Source of the DNA: Candidatus Magasanikbacteria bacterium CG1_02_41_34
GTDB lineage: Bacteria > Patescibacteriota > Patescibacteriia > Magasanikbacterales > UBA922
Assembly (NCBI GenBank): GCA_001871445.1
Contig: MNVD01000014.1
Span: 28,776 to 92,775 of the forward strand
Direction of reading: 5' to 3'
DNA: 64,000 nt
Shown here piece after piece: positions 1 through 9,327 of this stretch. Numbering within the stretch: position 1 is the stretch's first letter; each line of letters starts with the position of its first letter. The translations under genes were made by a program, and so were the position numbers. The notes below the pieces were generated by a model, which worked only from the letters and a program-made list of their open reading frames with translations, was not told the DNA's origin and did no database searches.

Positions 1-1113
1 CCTTCACATCTTGCCTTGGTATTTGAACCTGATGTCGCCTTTGTCACACAAAAGATGGTGCCAAAGGAAGGTGCAACGTTGAGCGAACGATTGTGGTTAA
101 TTGAAAATGTTGACGAACATGTTACCAGTACAAGTTATACTATTACTGGAGCATTTGCTGGAGGAGAGGGTTCACTTATGGTCAACGTGCGTCTCGTTGG
201 GTGGCAAGATGGTCAGTCTCGCAGTGACGCCTACACACTTGCCATCGCAGAAAAAGAACTCGCTATAGAAGATCAACAACTTTCCATATCTCTCGTTGCC
301 AATGGGAGTCAGCAGGATATTACTGTTCAGCCAGGAGAGCATGTGAATGCAACTATCGTGGTAAAAAATAATACAGAAGAATCGCTCAAGAATGTTCGTG
401 TAAGACTCATGTTTGATGCGCCGTCCTCGAAAGGGCGAAGTATTATGGACTGGCCATCACTCGAGGATGCTGCCGATGGAAGTATTGTCGGAGAACAGTT
501 ATCAGATACTGTTCGGCGTGGGCAGATCACATGGAGTAGTGGCCAGCTTCGCGATCTTCGAGAGATCAAGGCAGGTGATCAGGTGACGATCGATGTATCG
601 ATTCCTATTAAGTCTGGTGATGATATAGATCTTGCTTCATACGAATCATACGAGATCGCTCTTGCTGGCGATGCACAATATACTATTGCGAGCGGAGAAG
701 AAACTGCTGCTGCTGCTGTACCTCTCGTACTTACCTTAAATTCTGACACAACGTTTGATGTTCGTGATGAGATTGATGAAAGTACTCATACGATTACCTG
801 GCTCATTGGTAATACATTTCATGCACTCAAGGATATCGAAGCCGAAGTCGATCTCTATGGCGAGATTGCATTCTCTCAGGATGCTGCCGTAGTGCCTGCT
901 GGAGAAATTGTATATAACAAAGCTGAAAAGAAATTGACATGGAAGGTGGACAGTATGCCATTGTCTGTGGATGTTTTGGCATTGCAATTTCCTATCACAC
1001 TCAACCAAGCAAATCCATCGCAGACGCAACTTACGTCAAAAGTACGTGTGACAGCAATTGATGAAGTTACTGGCAAGCAGATACTGTTGATAGGGAATGA
1101 AGTGGGATTGTAG
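1..1113 (+). CDS. Hypothetical beta-rich (Ig-like/DUF11-type) surface protein, 5' truncated by window edge
   Basis: Frame open from base 1; motifs such as PGEHVNATIVVKNNT and KLTWKVD are typical of Ig-like folds. Confidence 0.6.
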   Translation, partial: PSHLALVFEPDVAFVTQKMVPKEGATLSERLWLIENVDEHVTSTSYTITGAFAGGEGSLMVNVRLVGWQDGQSRSDAYTLAIAEKELAIEDQQLSISLVANGSQQDITVQPGEHVNATIVVKNNTEESLKNVRVRLMFDAPSSKGRSIMDWPSLEDAADGSIVGEQLSDTVRRGQITWSSGQLRDLREIKAGDQVTIDVSIPIKSGDDIDLASYESYEIALAGDAQYTIASGEETAAAAVPLVLTLNSDTTFDVRDEIDESTHTITWLIGNTFHALKDIEAEVDLYGEIAFSQDAAVVPAGEIVYNKAEKKLTWKVDSMPLSVDVLALQFPITLNQANPSQTQLTSKVRVTAIDEVTGKQILLIGNEVGL

Positions 1114-1130
1114 TGTTTGATTGATGTAAT

Positions 1131-1161
1131 AAAAAAATAGACTATTTAGTCTATTTTTTTT
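1131..1161. terminator. Bidirectional intrinsic terminator
   Basis: AAAAAAATAGACTA-TT-TAGTCTATTTTTTT between convergent genes. Confidence 0.75.
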
Positions 1162-1162
1162 G

Positions 1163-1234
1163 TGCTCCCGGAGGGAATCGAACCCCCAACCGCGGTTCCG
1201 AAGACCGCTGTTATATCCATTTAACTACAGGAGC
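1163..1234 (-). tRNA. tRNA-Arg(UCG)
   Basis: Reverse complement folds as cloverleaf: GCTCCTG/CGGGAGC acceptor, GCGGT-CTTCGGA-ACCGC anticodon arm, GGTTCGATTCC T-arm; no encoded CCA. Confidence 0.93.
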
Positions 1235-1304
1235 AGAAGAAATTTCTTACTTGGTAGGTCAGGTTAGGTGAGGTTATAGATTAGCATGAGATTGCTTCTC
1301 CGTA

Positions 1305-1335
1305 ACCCCCTCTAACTCCCCCTACCATGGGGAGA
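1305..1335. repeat. REP-like palindromic repeat (ACCCCCTCTAACTCCCCC...GGGGAGA), single copy
   Basis: Matches the two inverted copies at 25799-25916. Confidence 0.65.
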
Positions 1336-1346
1336 AAAATACTGTG

Positions 1347-1419
1347 TGCGCCCAGAGGGATTCGAACCCCCGACCGTTTGGTTAAGAGCCAACTGCTCTA
1401 CCAGCTGAGCTATGAGCGC
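1347..1419 (-). tRNA. tRNA-Lys(CUU)
   Basis: Cloverleaf; anticodon arm TTGG-CTCTTAA-CCAA; GGTTCGAATCC T-arm. Confidence 0.93.
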
Positions 1420-1538
1420 ATATAAATGCAAGACGGATAATAACAAATATCAGTAGTTTTGTCAATAAAAAATATTCTATGCACTACTAGAATATTTTTA
1501 TCATCTGCTATTCGCTATTTGTTATATGCTATGTAAAA

Positions 1539-2300
1539 TTACCCAATCGGATCACTCACACTTCTTTCAAGAATCTCTGTTTTTGGCCCTTTCCATTTTT
1601 TTTTTGCAAGGGCTGCTTCTGCTGCGGCGACTTGCGCTTCTTGTTTACTGCCACCTTCACCTTCTGCAATTTTTTCTTTTTCGAGATACACACCCACAAC
1701 AAATTGCTTTGCATGATCAGGGCCATCTTCTCGCATGACTTTATAGGTTGGGGTAACACCAACAATATCTTGTGCAGATTCTTGAAATCTTGATTTTGGA
1801 TCCATCCATAGTCCTAGGTCGAGGACTTCTCCAAGTTTGCTCACGATCCAACGGAGAACAAATTGCTTTGCCATTTCCCATCCTTGATCAAGATAAATAG
1901 CACCGATGACAGCTTCTACTGCGTTGGCGAGGATATATTCACGCGCTTTACTATTACTGTCTTGTGATTCTCCACGACTCAGAAAGAGATATGGTTCTAT
2001 ACCAATCTCATTGCCGACAAGAGCACAATTTTTTCCATTGACCAGTGCTGCTCGCCAGTTGGTGAGTTCTCCTTCCGGATTCAAATAATTTGCAAATAAA
2101 AATTCAGTAACAATCAATTCAAGTACCGCATCGCCAAGAAACTCAAGACGTTCATTGTGCGCAAGAGGGAAGTCTCTATTTTCATTCAAGAAAGACCGGT
2201 GCACGAGTGCTTGGACGAGCATGTCTTTATTGTTGAAGACAATGCCGAGAGAGTCTTCGAGTTGTTTGAAGTTGTGCTCTTCGTATTGTGGGACGGGCAT
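1539..2300 (-). CDS. rnc: Ribonuclease III
   Basis: Signature NERLEFLGDAVL; C-terminal dsRBD (GPDHAKQF, GGSKQEAQ). Confidence 0.97.
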   Translation of the reverse strand: MPVPQYEEHNFKQLEDSLGIVFNNKDMLVQALVHRSFLNENRDFPLAHNERLEFLGDAVLELIVTEFLFANYLNPEGELTNWRAALVNGKNCALVGNEIGIEPYLFLSRGESQDSNSKAREYILANAVEAVIGAIYLDQGWEMAKQFVLRWIVSKLGEVLDLGLWMDPKSRFQESAQDIVGVTPTYKVMREDGPDHAKQFVVGVYLEKEKIAEGEGGSKQEAQVAAAEAALAKKKWKGPKTEILERSVSDPIG

Positions 2301-2398
2301 AGAATGATAGCTATCCGTTCCGACTCACATCAGCTCTTATATGGAGAAGAGATTATGTGAAACGAAAGGGTGAATGATATATATGCATTGCTTTTTGT

Positions 2399-2830
2399 TC
2401 ACTGTGTATTATTTTCTTCTACTTCTTTGAACATTGCGCCGAGGATACCGTTGACAAATTTTCCTGATGATTGTCCACCGTATGATTTTGCAATTTCGAT
2501 CGCTTCATTGATAGCAACTTTTGCTGGGATCTCGCTGTTGAAATATAGTTCGTATACTCCAATGCGCAGAATATTTCGGTCAACAATTGCCATTTGTTCG
2601 AGTGACCAGTTTGGTGCATGTTCTTCTATTTTTTTATCGATGTCCTTTAAATGAACAAGAACACCATCAACGGTGTTCTTGACAAACTCTATTTCTTTTT
2701 CAAGTCCGACACCAAACTCTTCGATCTGCTGATCGACGATTGCTGGAATTCCTGCTGTAGGTCTTCCTTTGAAGTCCCATTGATATAGGACTTGCATGAC
2801 GATTGATCGTGCGAGATGTCGGTGTGACAT
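2399..2830 (-). CDS. nusB: Transcription antitermination factor NusB
   Basis: [41 protein letters not shown]. Confidence 0.96.
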   Translation of the reverse strand: MSHRHLARSIVMQVLYQWDFKGRPTAGIPAIVDQQIEEFGVGLEKEIEFVKNTVDGVLVHLKDIDKKIEEHAPNWSLEQMAIVDRNILRIGVYELYFNSEIPAKVAINEAIEIAKSYGGQSSGKFVNGILGAMFKEVEENNTQ

Positions 2831-2872
2831 GGAAGAAGCGGTTAGTGTGTTGGCAAGCGTACTGCGAGAGTA

Positions 2873-3088
2873 TTAGCTAGCTTTTTTGACACGTCGGATA
2901 CGTCGTGTAGTTCGTTTTTCAACATCTACTGCTTGTTTCCCTTTGTACTTTCCTGTCACTGGACTTGCATGATGGGGAAGATGTGGGTTGCCGTCTTCGT
3001 CTACGAGAACTTTTATTGGTTTGAGGGCGTGGTGTGATCGTCGTGCACGTTGACGTGGTTTCGATGTTTTTGTTTTTGGATGTGCCAT
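2873..3088 (-). CDS. rpmF: 50S ribosomal protein L32 (Cys-less form)
   Basis: MAHPKTKTSK..RARRSH, PHH, G.YKG; start moved to ATG at 3088; rpmF-nusB-rnc synteny. Confidence 0.9.
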   Translation of the reverse strand: MAHPKTKTSKPRQRARRSHHALKPIKVLVDEDGNPHLPHHASPVTGKYKGKQAVDVEKRTTRRIRRVKKAS

Positions 3089-3221
3089 ATAAAATATAGT
3101 ATAGCAAAAAATCAAAGAGATTGCATGGATAAAGCCAAAAGACTATAGCATAGAAAGGGAAAAAGATCAAGTGTATAGCTTTGCTTTGCGGTTTTTGGTA
3201 CTTTTCAGGTACAATGGAGAT

Positions 3222-4157
3222 ATGGCTATACAAGCAATTACCCAAAAGGCTGACTGGAAGCCACAGACACAGGAATTCCTCCAATCTTGGGAATGGGGGG
3301 AATTTCAGTGTGCTGTAGGTCATGAGCCTCTGCGACTGTTGGTTGGTGGAGAATATGTGCAGGGATTTGTGCATCGATTACCACTTGGGTTGAAATACAT
3401 TTATTTTCCACGTTGTGATATAAAAAATTGGAAATTAGAAATTTCTGATTATGCAAAAAAGAAAGGATTCCTTTTTGCACGTATAGAACCAACAAATACA
3501 ATTTTGAAATTAGAAATTCGAAATTTTAAGATTCGTTGTCGTCAACCGCAACACACACTGGTCTTTGATCTCACACAATCAGAAGATGTACTTCTCAAAA
3601 ACATGCACAGCAAGACACGTTACAATATTCGTCTTGCAGAAAAAAAAAGAGTGGAAATTCGTGAAGAAAAAAACATAGATATTTTTTGGCAGCTTAATAA
3701 TGAAACAACAGAGAGAGATACCTTCAAAAGTCATGAGAAGGCATACTATACAGCGATGTTGGAAATGTCTATCGTACACCAATTCACGGCATGGTACGAA
3801 GGAAAACCACTTGCATCAAATATTTATATCGTACATAGCGATCGCATGACATATCTCCATGGTGCTTCGTCAAATGAATATCGTAATGTCATGGCACCCT
3901 ATTTGTTGCAATGGCAGTCGTTGCTCTGGGCAAAGAAACAAGGTATACAAAAATATGATGTGTGGGGTGTGGCTGCGCCAAAAAAAGAAGGGAATACATT
4001 TCACACATACACATGGGATGAATCAGATAGATTACACAACGTGACGAGATTTAAAGCTGGTTTTGGTGGCATGACTGTATCATATCCAGACGCGTGTGAA
4101 ATTCCGCTCAAGTCTTTGTCATACAAACTTTTTCAACTAGCAAAAAAGGTTTTATGA
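3222..4157 (+). CDS. FemAB/FemX family peptidoglycan peptidyltransferase
   Basis: FLQSWEWGEF, KTRYNIRLAEK, YLHGASS, APYLLQW, RFKAGFGG. Confidence 0.92.
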   Translation: MAIQAITQKADWKPQTQEFLQSWEWGEFQCAVGHEPLRLLVGGEYVQGFVHRLPLGLKYIYFPRCDIKNWKLEISDYAKKKGFLFARIEPTNTILKLEIRNFKIRCRQPQHTLVFDLTQSEDVLLKNMHSKTRYNIRLAEKKRVEIREEKNIDIFWQLNNETTERDTFKSHEKAYYTAMLEMSIVHQFTAWYEGKPLASNIYIVHSDRMTYLHGASSNEYRNVMAPYLLQWQSLLWAKKQGIQKYDVWGVAAPKKEGNTFHTYTWDESDRLHNVTRFKAGFGGMTVSYPDACEIPLKSLSYKLFQLAKKVL

Positions 4158-4687
4158 ATCAGCCGTGGACAAGCAAATTGTTTTTGAAGATAAATAGCCT
4201 AGTAGGAAGATGGTCAGTTGTTGATCTCACGATGATTTTTTCGGCTAAATATTTAATTTGGATACTCTCCCTATTTCTTTTCCTATTTTTTTTGTACGAC
4301 AACAGGTGGCGCGCTGGTTTTTTTATTGTGTGGTGTGTTGTATTCGGGACTATGTTTCTTTGTTCATTTTTTTTCAGCTATCTTATTGCTTGGCTGTTTC
4401 CACATCCACGACCGATTCGTCAGTTTCCTGATATACACGTATTGATTCGTACATGGGGGACATGGAAATCGTTTCCGTCTGATCATGCTATTGGTGCTAC
4501 TATTTTAGCCTATGGAGCCTTGCTAACACTCACTGGATCGATACGGAGTATCTTTATGGTATGTGCGGTGCTTGTCGCTGTCAGTCGTGTCTGGGTAGGT
4601 GTGCACTATCCGAGAGATATTATTGCTGGAATCGTTGTTGGCAGTACCGTGGCTCTTGTGATACAGCAGATGTTATTCATAGGTTGA
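4154..4687 (+). CDS. PAP2 family phosphatase (undecaprenyl-PP phosphatase-like)
   Basis: RP, SFPSDHA, SRVWVGVHYPRD motifs; hydrophobic. Confidence 0.92.
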   Translation: MNQPWTSKLFLKINSLVGRWSVVDLTMIFSAKYLIWILSLFLFLFFLYDNRWRAGFFIVWCVVFGTMFLCSFFFSYLIAWLFPHPRPIRQFPDIHVLIRTWGTWKSFPSDHAIGATILAYGALLTLTGSIRSIFMVCAVLVAVSRVWVGVHYPRDIIAGIVVGSTVALVIQQMLFIG

Positions 4688-4721
4688 CCATTTGCCTTTC
4701 CTTTCGTACAATAGTCTTACT

Positions 4722-5417
4722 ATGAATGCTATTATTCTTTGTGGAGGTCTCTCCACCCGTCTTGGTGATATTACCAAGACAATTCCAAAAATCCTTCTGT
4801 CGATCGGTGACAAAACTGTTCTTGATTGGCAGCTCGATATGCTCAAAACATTGGGCGTGTCTGAAGTTGTACTCGCGGCAGGGCATCTTTCTGATGTTCT
4901 CAAAAAAGAAGTAGGAGAGCAGCGTCATGGCATGAATTTGATCCATGTAGTGGAAGAAAAAAAACTTGGCACAGGAGGTGCTATCAAGCACGCGATGAAC
5001 CATGTGTCATCTCCAGATGATGTGACACTTATTTTGAATGGAGATATTTTGACGAATATTGATCTTGTGGATATGGTATCTCGAGTCGACCAGGAGAGTG
5101 AAGGTATGCTTCTTGGTACGCGTGTCGACAATGCCTCGAGCTATGGAACGTTGGAATACGATGACTCTGGACACCTCAATGCATTCAAAGAAAAAGAAGG
5201 CATTCATACACCAGGATATATCAATGGAGGAATTTATTTGTTTACGCCACATGCAAAAAAACATTTTCCTACGGTTGATACGTTTAGTATCGAATACGAT
5301 GTTTTTCCAAATATGAAAAATTTGTATGTCTATGAATCAGAGAGTCCTTGGGTAGATGTCGGTGTTCCAGAGCGTCTCGAGTGGGCGCGAAACAATTGGC
5401 ATGTCATTCGCGCATAA
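4722..5417 (+). CDS. Sugar-phosphate nucleotidyltransferase family protein
   Basis: AIILCGGLSTRL...PK, LGTGGAI, LNGD, WVDVG. Confidence 0.9.
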   Translation: MNAIILCGGLSTRLGDITKTIPKILLSIGDKTVLDWQLDMLKTLGVSEVVLAAGHLSDVLKKEVGEQRHGMNLIHVVEEKKLGTGGAIKHAMNHVSSPDDVTLILNGDILTNIDLVDMVSRVDQESEGMLLGTRVDNASSYGTLEYDDSGHLNAFKEKEGIHTPGYINGGIYLFTPHAKKHFPTVDTFSIEYDVFPNMKNLYVYESESPWVDVGVPERLEWARNNWHVIRA

Positions 5418-5421
5418 TCAT

Positions 5422-6447
5422 ATGAAAAAGAAATTACTTCTCATCGTAGTCGGCATCCTCCTCTTTGGAGGGTTTCTTTTCTATCGAAATATCTACACCG
5501 CTATTGGGATTGAAACTGACACAAAAGTAATATCAATACCATCCGGTTTGTCTGTGAGGGAAATCGCGGTTCTTCTTGAAGAACAGGGTATTGTCCCGTC
5601 GAGTAACATCCTTGTTCGATATCTTGTATGGAAAAACATGGATACAAAAATTCAGCATGGTGATATTACGTTTGTTCCCCCACACTCCATTGCACATGTT
5701 GCTATGGAATTAGCGAATCCTCAGGGGAGAAAAGAACGAGAAATTACGTTATTACCTGGTTGGGATATACGGCAAATTGCTGAGTATTTTGAAAAAGAGG
5801 GCATTGCTTCAGCAGAAGATTTTTATCGTGCTGTCGGCACACCACTGAATGAACGTCCAAGTACGTACGACATGAGTGATGTCCCACAGTTTGATTCAAA
5901 ATCAAAGGATGCAAATCTTGAAGGATATCTGCGTCCAGATACATATCGTATTTTTGAAAGTGCAAGTGTAGATGATATTGTCGGGAAACTTGTTCACGGC
6001 AGAGCTGATCAGTTTACTGATCAGATGCTAGCAGATACCAACGTGCAGGGGAAAACTGTGCATGAGATTCTCACCATGGCAAGTATTTTGGAAAGAGAAG
6101 TGAGAACGCCAGAAGATCGACGTTTGGTATCAGATCTTTTTTGGCGTCGGTATAATATTGGTATGGCACTTCAAGCTGATTCGACCGTTCACTATATTAC
6201 CGGTACAGAAGGAAGTGTATTTACCACCAAGAATGCACGAGAGGTGGATTCCTTATGGAACACATATAAATATCCTGGATTGCCACCTGGTCCAATTAGC
6301 AACCCGTCCGTTGGTGCTATTATGGCAGCCATCTATCCAGAAAAAAATACGAATTGGTATTTTCTCACCACGTTAGACACCGGAGAAGTGAAGTATGCAA
6401 AAACACTTGATCAGCAAAATGCCAATAGTGCCACATATTTACGCTAA
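5422..6447 (+). CDS. mltG: Endolytic transglycosylase MltG
   Basis: N-terminal TM; LEGYLRPDTY, ASILEREV, LQADST, NTYKYPGLPPGPISNP. Confidence 0.94.
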   Translation: MKKKLLLIVVGILLFGGFLFYRNIYTAIGIETDTKVISIPSGLSVREIAVLLEEQGIVPSSNILVRYLVWKNMDTKIQHGDITFVPPHSIAHVAMELANPQGRKEREITLLPGWDIRQIAEYFEKEGIASAEDFYRAVGTPLNERPSTYDMSDVPQFDSKSKDANLEGYLRPDTYRIFESASVDDIVGKLVHGRADQFTDQMLADTNVQGKTVHEILTMASILEREVRTPEDRRLVSDLFWRRYNIGMALQADSTVHYITGTEGSVFTTKNAREVDSLWNTYKYPGLPPGPISNPSVGAIMAAIYPEKNTNWYFLTTLDTGEVKYAKTLDQQNANSATYLR

Positions 6448-6455
6448 AAATATAT

Positions 6456-7592
6456 ATGGATTCATTGCAATTCCACAAACAACTCAGAGGAAAAATAGAA
6501 GTCATCTCGCGTGCACCGATTATGAATAGAGAAGATCTTTCACTTGCCTATACACCTGGTGTGGCACAAGCGTGTCTTGCGATTGTCGAGGACCCTACAC
6601 AAGTCTATGAACTCACGAGAAAAAATAACATGGTTGCTGTGGTGACAGATGGAAGTGCTGTTCTCGGACTTGGGAATATCGGACCAGCAGCGAGTCTACC
6701 TGTGATGGAAGGAAAGGCGATTCTTTTCAAACAATTTGCCGATGTTGATGCATTTCCTATTGCGCTCGATACACAAGATACCGAAGAGATTATTGAAACC
6801 GTTATTCGCATTGCCCCAATGTTTGGGGGTATTAATCTCGAAGATATATCAGCACCGCGGTGTTTTGAAATAGAAGAACGTTTACAGAAAGCACTCAACA
6901 TCCCTGTCTTTCATGATGATCAACATGGTACTGCGATTGTTGTACTCGCGGGACTGTACAATGCACTGAAGGTTGTTGGTAAGAACATTAATGAAATTAC
7001 AGTCACAATGAGTGGTGTTGGTGCTGCTGGAGTTGCGATTACAAAATTACTTCTTCTTGCAGGAGTCAAAGATGTTTTTCTTGTCGATTCAAAAGGGTTG
7101 ATCTATGAGGGACGTGAGGACTTGAATGATGTAAAAATAGCACTCGCAACACAAACAAACAGAGAAAAACGAACAGGTTCATTAGAAGATGCTTTGAAAG
7201 GTGCAGATGTTTTTGTAGGCGTGAGTAAGCCAAATCTCGTGACGCCAGAGATGATCAAGTCCATGGCACCAGATTCAATTATTTTTGCCATGGCAAATCC
7301 AGATCCAGAAATTCTTCCGGACATTGCAAAAGAGGCTGGAGCAGCTGTGGTGGCCACAGGGAGAAGCGATTTTCCAAATCAAATTAATAATGTCCTTGCA
7401 TTTCCAGGCGTATTTCGTGGACTTCTCGATGCGCGCATCCCAAATGTTACGAACGATATGAAGCTCGCGGCGGCTCGTGCGTTGGCAGATGCTGTCGCAG
7501 AGCCCACTGCCGAGTATATTATTCCAGGTCCCTTTGAAAAAGGGATTGCTGAGGTTGTAGCAAAAGCAGTACAAGATGCGTATGCTACGTAA
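6456..7592 (+). CDS. NAD(P)-dependent malic enzyme
   Basis: AYTPGVA, VMEGKAILFK, INLEDI, HDDQHGTA, ATGRSDFPNQINNVL. Confidence 0.95.
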   Translation: MDSLQFHKQLRGKIEVISRAPIMNREDLSLAYTPGVAQACLAIVEDPTQVYELTRKNNMVAVVTDGSAVLGLGNIGPAASLPVMEGKAILFKQFADVDAFPIALDTQDTEEIIETVIRIAPMFGGINLEDISAPRCFEIEERLQKALNIPVFHDDQHGTAIVVLAGLYNALKVVGKNINEITVTMSGVGAAGVAITKLLLLAGVKDVFLVDSKGLIYEGREDLNDVKIALATQTNREKRTGSLEDALKGADVFVGVSKPNLVTPEMIKSMAPDSIIFAMANPDPEILPDIAKEAGAAVVATGRSDFPNQINNVLAFPGVFRGLLDARIPNVTNDMKLAAARALADAVAEPTAEYIIPGPFEKGIAEVVAKAVQDAYAT

Positions 7593-7604
7593 TAGAGAGA
7601 ATCT

Positions 7605-8258
7605 ATGAAAAATAATCGTTCGATTTCAACGTATTCACTCATTGTTGTAAATCTCATTCCATTGTTTGGTGTGCTGTTTTTGTCGTGGAGTTTGATAGAA
7701 ATTTTGTTTTTATTTTGGGCAGAGACAGCGGTGATTGGATTTTTTACGTTTTGGAAAATATTTCTTTCAAAAAAAATAGATCCGGAAGAATTGACAACAG
7801 CAAAAAAACTACCAAATACACATATCCAGCCAGGAAGAGCAATAAAAATTGTGTTACTTTTTTTCTTTCCTTTTCATTTTGGTATGTTTATGCTCGGTCA
7901 TTTTATTTTTCTTATCATTGTGTTTGTCGAACATGGACCTTTTCAAACGCTTGGCGAAAATTTGGGGAAAGGAATACTGTTTTCATTTGTCAGTTTGTTC
8001 ATAAGTCATCTCATATCATTTTTGGTCAACTATATTGGAAAAAAAGAATATGAACAGTATTCTCCACAAGAACTTATGATACAGCCATACAAACGAGTTG
8101 TGATTATGCATGTTACTATTTTACTTGGGGGTATCGTGATTTCTGCACTTGGCGCGCCTGTCTTTGCATTGGTGATGCTAGTTTTGATGAAAATTTTATT
8201 GGATCTCTTTGCTCATACAAAAGAACACAGCAATAAGCAGACCCAACCACAGATATGA
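7605..8258 (+). CDS. DUF6498-like membrane protein
   Basis: NLIPLFGVLF, FWAET, PYKRVVIMH pattern; multiple TM helices. Confidence 0.7.
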   Translation: MKNNRSISTYSLIVVNLIPLFGVLFLSWSLIEILFLFWAETAVIGFFTFWKIFLSKKIDPEELTTAKKLPNTHIQPGRAIKIVLLFFFPFHFGMFMLGHFIFLIIVFVEHGPFQTLGENLGKGILFSFVSLFISHLISFLVNYIGKKEYEQYSPQELMIQPYKRVVIMHVTILLGGIVISALGAPVFALVMLVLMKILLDLFAHTKEHSNKQTQPQI

Positions 8259-9316
8259 AAACAGTAGACTTTGACTACATCTTGCCAAAAGAGTTGATTG
8301 CACAACGGTCTGTTGTACCTCGAGACAGCTCTCGTCTTATGGTTATCAATAGAGAAAAAAAACTATGTGAACACAAAATATTTTCTGACGTTGTTGACTA
8401 TTTTAAAAAAGGAGATGTGCTTGTCTGGAACAATTCAAAAGTATTCAAAGCACGTCTGCTCGGAAAAATGCATTCTCGTACAGGCAGAGATCTTGTAAAC
8501 CACATGAGAGACGTAGAAATTTTTCTCGTCCGTCCTATGGAAAATGTCGGTGTTTGGAAAGTACTTGCAAAACCAGGAAAGCATGTGTTGCCTGGCATGA
8601 CTATTTCTTTTGCAGAAGATTTTTATTGTAATGTCATGCTTAAGGAAGAAAATGGAACAGTTCTTGTACAGTTTCCATACAATGCTGCGACTGTGAGACG
8701 AAAAGCAAATCAGCATGGGCATATTCCTATTCCTCCGTATGTAAAGGATGAACCAGAGCAATTTGAATTCTATCAGACAGTCTATGCAAAAGAAGAAGGA
8801 TCTGTCGCAGCACCAACTGCAGGATTTCATTTCACGCCACGTGTTATCGAAGCGCTAAAGAAAAAAGGTGTAGACTTTGCAGAAGTGACACTTCATGTTG
8901 GTCTTGGGACATTTCTTCCTGTGAAGTCAGAAGATGTGGAAGATCATATCATGCATGGCGAGTGGGTAGAGATTACGGAAGAGAATGCAGAAAAAATAAA
9001 TACTGCAAAACAAGAAGGCCGAAGAATCGTTGCTGTAGGAACAACGAGTGTCAGAACGCTGGAAGGTGTTGCACAGTTTGGCAGTGGGGGACGAGTGAAT
9101 GCATATGAAGGAGACATTAATATGTTTATCTTACCAGGATTCACATTTCAAATTGTTGATGTGTTGATTACTAATTTTCATCTCCCAAAATCTACACTTC
9201 TCATGCTCGTGAGTGCGTTTGCAGGAGATCGTGAGTTTATGTTACGCTGTTATGAGGAGGCCGTATCACAACGCTATAGATTTTTTAGTTTTGGAGATGC
9301 GATGATTATTTATTAA
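8255..9316 (+). CDS. queA: SAM:tRNA ribosyltransferase-isomerase QueA
   Basis: FDYILPKELIAQ, PIPPY, YQTVYA, VAAPTAGFHF, TNFHLPKSTL, YRFFSFGDAM. Confidence 0.97.
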   Translation: MKTVDFDYILPKELIAQRSVVPRDSSRLMVINREKKLCEHKIFSDVVDYFKKGDVLVWNNSKVFKARLLGKMHSRTGRDLVNHMRDVEIFLVRPMENVGVWKVLAKPGKHVLPGMTISFAEDFYCNVMLKEENGTVLVQFPYNAATVRRKANQHGHIPIPPYVKDEPEQFEFYQTVYAKEEGSVAAPTAGFHFTPRVIEALKKKGVDFAEVTLHVGLGTFLPVKSEDVEDHIMHGEWVEITEENAEKINTAKQEGRRIVAVGTTSVRTLEGVAQFGSGGRVNAYEGDINMFILPGFTFQIVDVLITNFHLPKSTLLMLVSAFAGDREFMLRCYEEAVSQRYRFFSFGDAMIIY

Positions 9317-9327
9317 ATAAACATTGT

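Noticed and set aside
1255-1276. Short AGGT[CTG] pentamer run
   Set aside because: Only four degenerate units and no second occurrence noticed.
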